60,307 nucleotides of DNA. It comes from Chiloscyllium plagiosum. Taxonomy: Eukaryota. This document shows, one piece after another, positions 11,376 through 23,341 of this stretch. The notes under the pieces were generated by a model. That model was not told the DNA's origin, did not search any database, and worked only from the letters and a program-made list of their open reading frames with translations. The stretch is taken from the NCBI RefSeq assembly GCF_004010195.1, contig NC_057720.1, forward strand, positions 10,600,700-10,661,006, written 5' to 3'. Position 1 is the first letter of the stretch. Each line of letters starts with the position of its first letter. The position numbers were made by a program, and so were the translations under genes.

Positions 11376-12729
11376 GTACATCCGCCATGACCAGGGCCTC
11401 CAAGCCCTTCGTTTCTTCCTCTCTTGACGTCCCCAACAATATCCTTCCACTGACACCCTCATTTGTTTGGCCGAACTGGTCCTCACCCTTAACAATTTCT
11501 CCTTCGAATCCTCCCACTTCCTCCAGACCAAAGGGGTAGCCATGGGCACCCATATGGGCCCCAACTATGCCTGTCTCTTTGTTAGCTACGTAGAACAGTC
11601 GATCTTCTGTAGTTACACCGGCACCACTCCCCACCTTTTCCTCCGCTACATTGATGACTGCATTGGCGCCACCTCGTGCTCACGCGAGGAGGTTGAGCAA
11701 TTCATCAACTTCACCAACACATTCCACCCTGACATTAAATTTACCTGGACCATCTCTGACACCTCTCTCCCCTTCCTGGACCTCTCCAGCTCCATTAATG
11801 ATGGCCGACTTGACACCAACATTTTTTACAAACCCTCCGACTCCCACAGCTACCTGGATTACACCTCTTTCCGCCCTACCTCCTGCAAAAATGCCATCTC
11901 GTATTCCCAATTCCTCTGCCTCTGCCGTATCTGCTCCCAGGAGGACCAGTTCCACCACAGAACACACCAGATGGCCTCCTTCTTTAGAGATCGCAATTTC
12001 CCTTCCCACGTTGTTAAAGATGGCCTCCAACGCATCTCGTCCACATCCCGTACCGCCGCCCTCAGACCCCATTCCTCCAACCGTAACAAGGACAGAACGC
12101 CCCTGGTGCTCACCTTCCACTCTACCATCCTTCGCATAAACCAAATCATCCGTCGACATTTCCGACACCTCCAAACAGATCCCACCACTAGGGATATATT
12201 TCCCTCCCCACCTCTTTCTGCCTTCCGCAAGACCGTTCCCTCTGTGACTACCTGGTCAGGTCCATGCCCCCCCAACAACCCACCCTCCCATCCTGGCACC
12301 TTACCCTGCCACTGCAGGAATTGCAAAACCTGCACCCACACCTCCTCCCTCACCTCCACCCAAGGCACTAAAGGAGCCTTCCACATTCATCAAAGTTTTA
12401 CCGGCACATCCACTAATATCATTTATTGTATCCTTTGCTCCCGATGTGGTCTCCTCTATATTGGGGAGACTGGACGCCTCCGAGCAGAGAGCTTTAGGGA
12501 ACATCTCTGGGACACCCGCACCAATCAACCACACCGCCCTGTGGCCCAACATTTCAACTCCCCCTCCCACTCTGCCGAGGACATGGAGGTCCTGGGCCTC
12601 CTTCACCGCCACTCCTCTCACTTATCTCTCCCCCTTCAGGCTCTCTGCCTGTATTCCTGATGAAGGGCTTTTACTGCCCCTCGGATGCTGCCTGAACTGC
12701 TGTGCCCTTCCAGCACCACTAATCCAGAA
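11376..12729 (+). mobile_element. 5'-truncated Neptune-type PLE with 15-bp TSD
   Basis: TCTTATTGGTAATAG at 11361-11375 and 12730-12744; contains the 397-aa RT/GIY-YIG ORF. Confidence 0.93.
11467..12660 (+). CDS. PLE reverse transcriptase (C-terminal half) + Cys-linker + GIY-YIG endonuclease, probably non-functional
   Basis: QTKGVAMGTHMGP, FLRYIDDCI, LPFLDL, CHCRNCKTC linker, NIIYCILCSRCGLLYIGETGR...FREH. N-terminus absent; a compensating -1/+1 frameshift pair near 12228-12273. Confidence 0.85.
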   Translation: MAELVLTLNNFSFESSHFLQTKGVAMGTHMGPNYACLFVSYVEQSIFCSYTGTTPHLFLRYIDDCIGATSCSREEVEQFINFTNTFHPDIKFTWTISDTSLPFLDLSSSINDGRLDTNIFYKPSDSHSYLDYTSFRPTSCKNAISYSQFLCLCRICSQEDQFHHRTHQMASFFRDRNFPSHVVKDGLQRISSTSRTAALRPHSSNRNKDRTPLVLTFHSTILRINQIIRRHFRHLQTDPTTRDIFPSPPLSAFRKTVPSVTTWSGPCPPNNPPSHPGTLPCHCRNCKTCTHTSSLTSTQGTKGAFHIHQSFTGTSTNIIYCILCSRCGLLYIGETGRLRAESFREHLWDTRTNQPHRPVAQHFNSPSHSAEDMEVLGLLHRHSSHLSLPLQALCLYS

Positions 12730-13764
12730 TCTTATTGGTAATAGTCACAGCCTGGCATTTGTGTGGGGCAAATGTTAATTGCCATTTGTCAGCCCAAGCC
12801 CAAATATTGTCCAGATTCTGTTACAGTTGAACATGGACTGCTTCAATATCTGAGAAGTCATGAATGTTGCTGAACATTGTGTAATCAGCAATGAAATTCC
12901 CCACTTCTGTCTGTTTGATAGGGGGAAAGTCACTGAAGCAGCTGATGAAGCAGCTGAAGATTGTTGGGCCTAAGACTCTACCCTGAGGAACTCCCGGAGT
13001 GATGTCCTGGAGCTGAGATGACTGACCTCCAACAACCATGACCATCTTCCTATCAGTCAGGTATGATTCCATCCACCAGAGAGCTTACTCCCTGATACCT
13101 ACTGATTCCAGTTTTTCTAGGGGTCCTTGATGCCACATTCACTCAAATGCAGCCATGATGTCAAAGTCAGTCCCTCTGGAAATCAGTTCTCATGACCATA
13201 TTTGAACAGGGGCTGTAATGAGGTCATGAGCTGAGTGACCCTAGCTGAACCCAAACTGGGCATCACAAAACAAGTTATTGCTGAGCAGGTGCAGCTTAAT
13301 AGCACTGTTGATGACACTTTTCTTCACTTTACTGATGATTGAGAGTTGACTGATGGGGTCGTAATTGGGCTGTTTGGATTTGACCTGCTTCTTATGTACA
13401 GACATACTTGGGCAATTGTCCAAATTGTCGGGTAGATGCCAGTGTTGTAACTGTACTGGAACAGCCTGGCTAGGGGGGGTAGCAACTTCTGGAGCACAAG
13501 TCTTCAATACTATCAATGGAATATTGTTAGGGCCTATAGTTTTTGCCAAATGTAGTTCCTCCAACCATTTCTTGACATCGCATGGAATGAATTAAATTGG
13601 TTGAAGACTGGTATCTGTAATAGTGGCGACCAATGGAGTGGGCCATGATGAGAGATCCACTCAGAACTTCTGGTTGTGAAATTTTCCACCTTACCTTTTG
13701 CACTGATGTGCTATGCTCTTCCATCTTTGAGCATGGGGATAGTTGTGGAGCTTCCTTCTCCAGT

Positions 13765-14317
13765 TGTGATGCTAAAGAGTTCAATTGTTCTGCTGACCTG
13801 CAGAAAGTTGAATGCCCCGGTGGTTGGGTGGTGTGTCTTTGTCTTATAGGTGGAATGTGGGAGGTTTACATTCCCATCTCTTGCCATTCATTTACTTTGT
13901 TTTCATCCCCTATTCAAAATCAAGAACATTATCATTGAAAATCTGACAACTCTCTGCAGGTAAAAAATAGAATTCACACCAGATCTGGCCAATAAAGGAT
14001 AATTTGCATTACGTTGATTCTGGAGGTGAGCTAGTCACTACATTGTGTCTTGAGTGGCATGTAGCTGTGAGGGAGTGGCTGGGGGTTGTCTTGTGGGCGT
14101 TATTAACTTTGATGTAAAGAGTTTGTATAAAGGAAGGACTATTTCCTTTATTCGGGGAGAACTTTTGCCATGACCTTCTAAGCCCTGCGAGGTGTGTTAA
14201 AGGTTCCTCCAGAAGGTTTGTACTGTACTGAGTTTAATAAAATTTATTTGTTCTTCACAGAAGTTGGCGTGTAACAGTTGCATCAAGTGTGTAAGGATCT
14301 CAGAAAAAAATTTAATA
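13765..14317 (+). mobile_element. Solo LTR (Gypsy-like)
   Basis: Starts TGTGATG, ends TTTAATA (CA->TA); 4-bp TSD CAGT (13761-13764, 14318-14321); TATAAAA ~14126 and AATAAA ~14235; cleanly interrupts the LINE. Confidence 0.7.
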
Positions 14318-15969
14318 CAGTGAGTTGTTGAATTGTCCACCATCATTCACGATTGAATGTGGCAGAACTGCAGAGCTTACATCTGACCTGTTAGCTGTGG
14401 GATCGCTTTGGGGTGTCTAACGCTTGTTGCTTATGCTGTTTGGCATGGAAGGAGTCCTGTTTGGTGGCTTCACCAGGTTGACACCTCGTCTTTAAGTATG
14501 CCCAGTGTTGTTCCAGGTCTGGCCTCCTGCACTCTCCATTGACCGACACTTGATCACCTGGCTTTATGGTAAAGGTTGAGTGGGGGATATGCCGGGCTAT
14601 GAAGTTACAGTTTGTGTTAGAGTACAATTCTGCTGCTATTGGTGGCCTACAGTGCCTCATGGATGGCCAGTCTTAAGTTGTTAGATCTATTTGAATTGTG
14701 ATCATGCCACACAACATGATGGAGGTTATTCTCAATGTGATGGCAGGACTTTGTCTCCACAAGGACTGAGCGATGGTTACTTTTTGCCAATACTGTCATG
14801 GACAGATGCATCTGCAGTTGATGGATTGATAAGGATTAGGTCAAGTATGTTTTCCCTTCTTGTTGGTTCCCTCACTACCTGCTTCAGACCTTTAAGACCC
14901 AGTCAGCTCGATCTGTAGTACAGCTGCTGAGTCACTCTTGATGGTGCACATTGAACTCCCCTGCCCAGAGTATATTCTGCGCCCTTGCCATCCTCAGTGC
15001 GTCCTCCAAGTGTTGTTCAACATGGAGGAGTATCGATTTACCAGCCAAGGAAGGATGGTACATGGTAATCAGCAGGAGGTTTCCATGGCAATGTTTAACC
15101 TGAAGCATGAGACTTCATGGGTCTGGAGTCAATGTTGAGGACTCCCAGGGCAAGTCCGTCCCAACTATGTATCACTGTGCCACCACTTTTGCTTGGTCTG
15201 CCTTGCCAGTGGGACAGGTCATATCCGGGGATGGTGATGGTGGTGTCTGGGCCATTGTCTATAAGGTATAATTCTGTGAGTATGACTATATCAGGCTGTT
15301 GCTTGACTAGTCTGTGAGAGAGCTCGCCTAATTTTGACACTATCCCCCAGATGTTAGTGGGTAGGACTTTGCAGGGACAACGGGGCAGTTCCTATATTTG
15401 TCTTTTCCAGTGCCTGGGTTGATGCCAGGTGATTCACCCGACTTCATGTGTTTGAGACTTTTTAGCAATTGGTAGAACTGAATAGCTTGCTGGGCCATTT
15501 CAGAAGGCAATTGAGAGTCAGCCATATTGCTGTGGGTCAGGAGTCACATGTAGGCCTGATCAGGTGAGGTTGGCAGTTTTCTTCCATGAAGCCAAATGGG
15601 GTTTTTCCAACAATTGACAAAGATTTCATGGTCATCAGTAGATTCTTAATTCCAGATTCATTTTTGCTGAATTCAAATTCCACCATCTGCCATGGGAGTT
15701 TCAAATCCAGGACCCCAAAACAATATCTCGGTCTCTGTTTAATACCAGGCCATCACCATCCCTTACCAAAGGGAACTTTTAGTTACCAAACTGAGACATG
15801 TTCAAATTGCAATTTGATTTACAAAGACAAAAGGACATGGTGTTCCTTAGTGAGGCCGATCTTGATCTTGCTTGCAATAAATATGACAATTACTGAATAC
15901 CCTGTGAAAAATTGTATTATTTTCATTGAATCTGCACTGCAATCTTATATGCCACAGAATAAGTGACAA

Positions 15970-16125
15970 TGTTGTGGCTGTAAGAGATTATTTTGTCCTG
16001 TTTGGTTTTTGACGAGAGGTTTTAGGGCAGAAGTACCAAGCAGTCCACCAGAACCATTGGAGGAAACAGCTTATGAGGCTCTGGATTTTTGTTTAATGTT
16101 TGAACAACAGTAGCAGCCCAAATGG
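15970..16125 (+). mobile_element. LTR 5' fragment related to 22859-23341
   Basis: TGTTGTGGCTGTAAGAGATTATTTTGTCCTGTTT...AAGTACCAA resembles the start of the 22859 LTR. Confidence 0.5.
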
Positions 16126-16928
16126 CCTTTCTCCACACCTCGGAGGTTCTATTCTGTGATATACCTTCTAGCGATTTTGAGATTTATGGCTTACTATGAG
16201 CAAGTACAGGCCAAGCTTCATCAACTGCTTTGTTTTCCAGGACAAGAAATTTATATGGAGCATTGAAAACCACAAGCCACCTGAAATGATCAAGGCTGTC
16301 CACTCTGACCCTGAAGCAGTGAGCTTGCTGTGCCATCGGGAGAGCCATAATTCCCCCTCAGCTTCAATGGTGAGCAGGAGCCAATTGATCCTTTTAATTC
16401 ATTCATTGGATTTTGGCATAACTAGAAAGACCATTTGTTGCTTATCGCTAATTGCCCTGATTCAGGGAGCTTGTATTTCAATGTTACAAGATAGCCACAT
16501 TTTTGGGAATCTGGAGTCACATATCAACCATATCAGAACAGCATATTCCTTTACAATGGATGGGTTTTAACAACAATCGATGATCATTCCATGGTCACTA
16601 TTGCTGCTATTTTAGCATATGCACTCAAATTTCTCATCCAGTCAAAGGAGGATTTGAATCCAAGACTTCAGAGCACGAGATTGGTCTCTGGATTATTATT
16701 CCAGTGGTCACCACAATGACTCTATCTCACCCTTCATTAGCCATTCAATATATATATCTGGTGAAAAAAGAGTAACCTCTGATGCTACTATCCCAGAGCA
16801 GACTTAACGCTGAACCTCTGTAATTTCTAATACAAAGGGTGTCGCCAGTCTTTAATTCTTGTTGATCACCTTATGCTGATACCTATGTCCCCGCACAATG
16901 TCAGCTTACTTGATTGGCAATGAAACAA

Positions 16929-17480
16929 TGTTATGGACCAGATCAGACTCCTTCAAAATATCAGAAAAAGATGGCCTAGACCCTAATGTTTTGTTATTTT
17001 AAAATTAAATGTCAGGTGCTGTGCTCCAGATGCAATTTCTTTGGTTAAGCAAAACAGAATTTATTCAAAAACTGTAGTAAAAATACAACAAAAGAAAGAA
17101 GATCATGGAATAACAACTCTATTGGAAAACTGAACAGAATAATAGATATAATTACTATTACTATTTAATTGTTCCAATACAGTAACATCCCACAAACGCA
17201 CCCTTGGCAAAAGGCAAATTCAGAAAACAGATTTTGTCTCCCATGCAATCCAGCAGCCTCAGAAGAGAACCCCCAACTTTTGGCTGTAATTGAGAGAGGG
17301 AAAAATAGCTTGCACTTCTTCAAGACCCCAACAGCAACTGCTGAAAGCTAAACCTGAAATCCTCCCTGTTTCTTTGGGAGCTCACACCCATTCAGGCTGC
17401 AACTATTGTTCCAACCTTTTAAAAAAAAGCACCCAAGGCCTGACAAGTTGTTTACCTTCTCATAGACTGCTCAGTGTCTA
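16929..17480 (-). mobile_element. LTR fragment (same family as 22859-26024), reverse orientation
   Basis: TGTTATGGACCAGATCAGACTCC...CTAGACC is the reverse complement of the LTR end at ~25966-26022; AATAACAACTCTATTGGAAAACTGAACAGAAT matches ~23265-23300. Confidence 0.65.
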
Positions 17481-18071
17481 TCCATATGGCATTGATAGAA
17501 ACTGTCGTGTGTGAAAGTCAATGAGGTCAGGATTAGAATAAGTTGTGATATTTCCCAACTGTTGCAATGTTTCCAACTATTAATTCCCAAGTCTGTGAAT
17601 CAAATTGAATGATAATTTCTGAATACCCTCCTTTCTCACTAATGTATTAGAAGCTGCACCATGTAGAAATAATATATCTCACATGGTGGAAATAGCCAGG
17701 AAAGGAAACTGTTGAAGACGATGGAAAGACCAGATTTCAGGGATTGACTAAGCAGAGAGTAGCTGTTTAAAAGAAGGGACACTCTTGTGTTGGAAGCAGT
17801 TCAGAGATTCCCTCGGTTATTTCCTGGGATGAAGAGGTTTATCTTATGAGGAAATGTTAACAGAATGGGGCTGTATCCATTGGAATTTCGAAGGGTGTGA
17901 GGTATATTGAAACATATAGGAATCTAAAGGTCTTGCCAGGATAGTGTTTAATGGAGACTTTTCTGAATCATGAACGAGTGACTAGAAGCAAGTTGAACAT
18001 AAACAATATTATCAGGAAACATGCTTAAATTGATAAGAAATAGATTTTCAAAAGAAACAATTTGATCATAC

Positions 18072-18294
18072 CTGGGCAGCGTCATTAATCTTCAGATGGG
18101 CTGTTTGTATGGTGTTATCAATCTTAAAGTCACCGCTGTTGTATATCTTTCCACTGGAGTCATGTCCGAACACACCTGGTGTCTACCTCTTCCACGTAAT
18201 GACAAAAAAATGTGTCATTCCCAATGGTCTTACCGACGAATACTGTACCATTTAACCAACTGTCATCATCAATCTTTATTCCAGAGCTTTCACA
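18072..18294 (-). pseudogene. CLCA: CLCA-family pseudogene exon (beta-sheet-rich region; equivalent to CLCA1 exon 10)
   Basis: Acceptor gcttggtctcag, donor CAG|gtatga. Reads CESSGIKIDDDSWLNGTVFVGKTIGNDTFF-(+1 T in a T7 run, 18204-18210)-VITWKR*TPGVFGHDSSGKIYNSGDFKIDNTIQTAHLKINDAAQ vs CLCA1 LESKGLTLQNSQWMNGTVIVDSTVGKDTLFLITW...; in-frame TAG at 18183-18185. Confidence 0.92.
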
Positions 18295-18401
18295 CTGAGA
18301 CCAAGCAAATAGAATTACTGTGTTTTATGCTTTCCTGTTAGGTTAGCACAAATGAAATTTGAAATGTGCATCGGAAATTCATTTTCTGATAGCAATCAAA
18401 C

Positions 18402-18507
18402 CTGAACAGACTGTTGACGAATGTCTCCATTTCCTGATACTAATCCAACGAAAGCATCCATTATTCCATTGGTATCAAGGTTATCAGTGGCTGCAAACTG
18501 CAAATCC
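18402..18507 (-). pseudogene. CLCA: CLCA-family pseudogene exon (end of vWA domain; equivalent to CLCA1 exon 9)
   Basis: Acceptor ttcttattctctag, donor CAG|gtttga. Encodes DLQFAATDNLDTNGIMDAFVGLVSGNGDIRQQSVQ vs CLCA1 GLQTYASDQVQNNGLIDAFGALSSGNGAVSQRSIQ. 106 nt, apparently 1 nt short of the expected phase-1 start. Confidence 0.9.
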
Positions 18508-18638
18508 CTAGAGAATAAGAAGGAAATGTCATAAATACAGAGAAAACCTCTGGCCAATTCCAATGAAGAACTTAATTCTGAAATAGGCATCCATGGGTTT
18601 CTGCAGTGTGACAGAATCCACCCAATGAAAGTTAATTC

Positions 18639-18960
18639 GGCAGAGTGGCTCAGTGTTTAGCACTGCTACCTCACAGTGCCAGGGACCCAGATTTCATTCC
18701 ACTCTTGGGCAACTGTTTGCACATGCTCCCCATGTCTGTGTGGTGTTTGCACATGCTCCCCATGCCTGCGTGAGTTGCCTCCAAATGCTCTGGTTTTCTC
18801 CCAAAGCAGGTTATATGGATTGGCCATGCTAAATTGTTCATAAACTCCTGCGATGTGTAGGCTAGTTTGATTGACAATGGGTGATGAAGGGATAGGGTAC
18901 AGAGTGGGATGCTCTTTAGAGGATTTGTGTGAATTTGATGGGCCGAATGGCTTGCTTCTA
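18639..18960 (+). mobile_element. HE1-type V-SINE
   Basis: GGCAGAGTGGCTCAGTGTTTAGCACTGCTACCTCACAG head, V-domain, internal tandem duplication of GTTTGCACATGCTCCCCATG. Confidence 0.85.
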
Positions 18961-18974
18961 TAATAAACTGTGGA

Positions 18975-19240
18975 TCATTTTACCCCATTTTTAAGACCTC
19001 ACCAACCCATTATTCTACATTTACCCCTGACTAAGGCACACAGCCTACAGAGCCCTAAACACTATGAGCAATTCACTAAACTGCATATCTTTGGACTGTG
19101 GGAGGAAACCAGAGCACCCAGAAAAAACTCACACAGACACAGGGCAAATGTGCAGACTCCACACAGACAGTTGCCTGAGGCTGGAATTGAACCCAGGTAC
19201 CTGGTGCTGTGAGGCAACAGTGCTAAACATTAAGCCACCT
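18975..19240 (-). mobile_element. HE1-type V-SINE (tail-to-tail with previous)
   Basis: Reverse SINE consensus CTCCACACAGACAGTTGCCTGAGGCTGGAATTGAACCC. Confidence 0.85.
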
Positions 19241-19389
19241 TGCAGCTTGTGTTACCAGGAGAATTGGCAATTAAAGTCCAGAAATGTGGTCACACATAAA
19301 GAACTGATAAACTATTCCATCGCACAAACTCAACTAGGCTGTCACTTGATTCTAATCACAACATACACAGTGTAAGAAACTAAATCAGT

Positions 19390-21000
19390 TTTGGGTAAGA
19401 CTTTTGAAAACAATAATTTATAGAAGAAAAGTTAACAGGTGATTTGGGTCAATAAAGGATAACCAATACACGTGTATAAAATACAGGGCATGCGTAACTA
19501 ATCAAATTGAATTTTTTGATGAAGTACAGAGATGGATCATGAAGGGAATGAAATGGATTGCATCTGTGCAGATTTTAAGATTAGATTAGATTCGATTCCC
19601 TACAATGTGGAAACAGGCCCTTTCGCCCAACAAGTCCACACCGACCCTTCAAAGAGCAACCCACCCAGACCCATTCCTTTACATTCACCCCTGACTGATG
19701 CACCTAACACTACAGGCAATTTACCTGACCTACACATCTTTGGACTGTGGGAGAAAACTGGAGCACCCAGAGGAAACCCACACAGACGCAGGGAGAACGT
19801 GCAAACTCCATACAGACAGATGCCCAAGGTGGGAATTGAACCTGGATCCCTGGCACTGTGAGGTAGCAGTGCTAACCACTGAGCCACCATCTCTTATATT
19901 TTAAGAAGATACAAAACAAAGCACCAACTTGCAGGTTGGTTAAATTAATTCTGAGTCAGATGTGTCAGTATACATTTGGATAAAGAAATGGCTTGCAGAC
20001 TGTAAACAGTGAGTTGTGGTCAATGAATATTTTTCACACACAAGGATGATTGACAGTGGGGTCCCCAAGTGCACTAGGAGTACTAGATATGAATTACTAA
20101 GACCAGAATTGTTTTTGTACTATATACAGATGACTTGAATTTCAAACATTGCTTCTTATTTCCAATTTGGAGGTTTCACAAGTGGTGAGGATGATACAAA
20201 TGGTTTATAAAAGGACAAATATGGAAGGACAAGGTGGTTAAGTAAGTGGCAGAATAAATTTAAGACAGAGCAGTGTAAGATAACACATTTTGACAGAAGG
20301 GATTGGAAGAAGTAATGGATACATCAAGGCACAGTGCCAAAGAATGGTCAGGAACAGGGGGACCTCAGAGTTCAGGGCCAGTTTTTTATTCATTAATGGG
20401 AGGTGGATATCGTTGGCTGGGCCAGCATTTTTTATTCATCCAGAATTTCCCAGAGGGCAGTTATAGGTTGATGTGGTTCTGGGGTCACATATGGGCAGAT
20501 TAGGTCAGGGTGGGGGATTTCCTTCCTTTCCTTCCCACTTATTGCTGTGTGTCGAAATGAAGTGGAGGAACAGAGAATGAACCAATACACACATGACTTC
20601 TAGTAGCAATCCAAATTAATAAATCATTGCAAAAATAAAATTACAGTACATTTTGAACTGGAATAGAATTGACTATTGGAGTTGTAATTTTAAACTTATC
20701 TCAAAACTTTTCCAACTGCACTGAGTACTGTGAACAGTCCGGTTTCTAACAATAAGTTATGGATTCAGTGGAGAAGGTACAACATATTCTTTAGAGTGAT
20801 AATGGAATGGAGAGATTATTCCCATCAGGAAAGATTAAGTCAGGTAGGGCTCTTCTCTCCAGGCTTGAAGGGATGACATGATGAGAGCACTTAAGATTAT
20901 GAAAGAGGTTTAATAAAGGATTATTTTTTTGGATGTGGTAAAGATAGGGTCCACATGATAGGAAGTATAGGATTAAGGCCAGAACTTCAAAATAATCGAG
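19390..21000 (+). mobile_element. Very old CR1 RT/3' remnant (with HE1 SINE at 19579-19890, minus strand)
   Basis: Degenerate motifs TGGATAAAGAAATGGCT (WIKKWL), AGTGGGGTCCCCAAG (SGVPQ), GGCAGAATAAATTTAA (WQ..FN); SINE consensus in reverse at 19579-19890. Confidence 0.65.
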
Positions 21001-21009
21001 GATAAAGAT

Positions 21010-21318
21010 TGGCAGTCTCTCCAACACCTTCAACATTCACTGTCTTTACCACTGACCACAGTAGCAGCACTGTGTACCATCTACAACTTCCATGACAGTA
21101 AGTCATTGAGGCTCCTCTGACAGAATCTTCCAGACCCTAAAAGGACAATGGCAGCAAATGCATGAGAACACCACCATTTTCAAGTTCTTCACCCACTCAT
21201 CATTCTGATTTCGAACTACATTAGACATACTCCTTCATTGTCGCTGGGTCAAAATCCTGGGTCAAAAGACTGCAGCAGTTCAAGAAGGCAGCTCAATACC
21301 ACCTTCTCCAGAGCAATT
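21010..21318 (+). mobile_element. CR1/L2-group LINE 3' fragment (same family as 10670-15760)
   Basis: AACATTCACTGTCTTTACCAC...TGTGTACCATCTACAA...GACTGCAGCAGTTCAAGAAGGCAGCTCA. Confidence 0.75.
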
Positions 21319-21319
21319 A

Positions 21320-22702
21320 TAGAATCATACAATCATAGAGATGTGCAGCACGGAAACAGACCCTTCGGTCCAACTCATCCATGCCAACTCTATCCAAATC
21401 CAATCTAGTCCCACCTGCCAACACCCGGCCCATATTGCTCCAAACCCTTCCTATTCATATACCCATCCAGATGCCTTTCCCCTCTCACCACAAACCTATG
21501 CCCTCTAATTCTGAATGCCCCATCCCAGGGAAAATACTTAATTTACTTATCCTATCCATACCCCTCATGATAAAATAAACCTCTATGAGGTCACCCCTCA
21601 GCCTCCGATGCTCCTGGGAAAACAGCCCTGGCCTATTCAGCCTCTCCCTATAGCTCAAATCCTCCAACCCTGGCAACATCCTTGTAAATCTGAACCTTTT
21701 TCGAGTTTCACAACATCCTTCCGATAGGAAGGAGACCAGAATTGCATACAATATTCCAAAAGTGGCCGAACCAATGTCCTGTACAGCTGCAACATGACCT
21801 CCCAACTNNNNNNNNNNNNNNNNNNNNNNNNNNNNNNNNNNNNNNNNNNNNNNNNNNNNNNNNNNNNNNNNNNNNNNNNNNNNNNNNNNNNNNNNNNNNN
21901 NNNNNNNNNNNNNNNNNNNNNNNNNNNNNNNNNNNNNNNNNNNNNNNNNNNNNNNNNNNNNNNNNNNNNNNNNNNNNNNNNNNNNNNNNNNNNNNNNNNN
22001 NNNNNNNNNNNNNNNNNNNNNNNNNNNNNNNNNNNNNNNNNNNNNNNNNNNNNNNNNNNNNNNNNNNNNNNNNNNNNNNNNNNNNNNNNNNNNNNNNNNN
22101 NNNNNNNNNNNNNNNNNNNNNNNNNNNNNNNNNNNNNNNNNNNNNNNNNNNNNNNNNNNNNNNNNNNNNNNNNNNNNNNNNNNNNNNNNNNNNNNNNNNN
22201 NNNNNNNNNNNNNNNNNNNNNNNNNNNNNNNNNNNNNNNNNNNNNNNNNNNNNNNNNNNNNNNNNNNNNNNNNNNNNNNNNNNNNNNNNNNNNNNNNNNN
22301 NNNNNNNAATGTTGCCTCTTAGGTCTCTTTTATATCTTTCCCCTCTCCCCCTAAATCTATACCCTCTAGTTCTGGACACCCCATCCCAGGGAAAAGACTT
22401 TGTCTATTTATCCTATCCATGCCCCTCATGATTTTATAAATCTCTATAAGGTCATCCCTCAGCCTCCGACAATCCAGGGAAAAAAGCCCTAGCCTATTCG
22501 ACCTCTCTCTACGGCTCAAATCCTCCAACCCTGGAAACATACTTGTAAATCTTTTCTGAACTCTTTCATGTTTCACAACATCTTTCCGATAGGAAGGAGA
22601 CCAGAACTGCATGCAATATTCCAACAGTGGCCTAACCAATGTCCTGTAAAGCCACAAAATGACCTCCAAACTCCTGTACTCAATACTCTGACCAATAAAG
22701 GA
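21320..22702 (-). mobile_element. CR1 3' fragments flanking an assembly gap
   Basis: LYRTLVRPLLEYCMQFWSPSYRKDVVKHERVQKRFT; the same CR1 segment lies on both sides of the N-run. Confidence 0.88.
21808..22307. other. Assembly gap (500 N)
   Basis: Run of N. Confidence 1.
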
Positions 22703-23341
22703 ACTTCAGAGATACAGTGTTTCATGTCTTTCTAACTTCAAAACACATACATGGAACCTTGTTAGATTAAATCAAAAGAACAGATGGCCATTTATTTCCC
22801 ACATGATCTGAACTGTAATCGTAACATACCCAACCTTACACACACTCACACATGACAATGCTGTCACTTTAGGAGGTTATTTTGTTCTGTTTTTGTTTTG
22901 AAACGAGCTTGTACGGTAAAAGTACCAAATTTGCTACTGAAGACCAAGTAAACAGATTGGGAGGCGTTGGCCTTCCTTAAAAAAAGTCTTGAATATGTAT
23001 GGCCAGCTCTCACAGGTCCAGATGTCTAGAACTTGGTTTTGTCAGTAACATCAGAAGATATTGGGGTGTCAAAAGCATTGGAAGCTTCAGTGAATGTCTC
23101 TTGGCTGCTACCTTCTCTCAAACTTCTCTTGATATTTTTTTTTCCTCCTGGTTTGGAGAAATGGATGTGAGACTTTGTCTGAAATTTCTTTTTGGCTAAG
23201 GGGTGTGTTTGGAACAATATGGTGTCATATTGGAACAGTTAATTAGTAATTGGTACTGTATCTATTATTCTGATAAGTTTCCAATAGTGTTAAGTTATTC
23301 TAAATTCCTCTTTCTTTGGTTGTATTTTAACTTCAGTGTTT

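Larger units (their letters stand above)
10670..15760 (-). mobile_element. Near full-length degenerate CR1/L2-group LINE (APE endonuclease + RT), split by a PLE and a solo LTR
   Basis: EN: SKLGELSHRLVKQQPDIVILTE. RT: GPNNIPLIVLKTCAPE, GVPQGRVLGPTIFSCF, NFIADYT. C-term: SLHHRHSVTSVCTINKMHC. Confidence 0.88.

Noticed and set aside
15890..15937. Minus-strand ADSMK..FFTGYS resembling CLCA exon 12 (GADATKDDGVYSRYFT)
   Set aside because: Core DGVYSR is missing and similarity does not continue; the position is right but the evidence is too weak.
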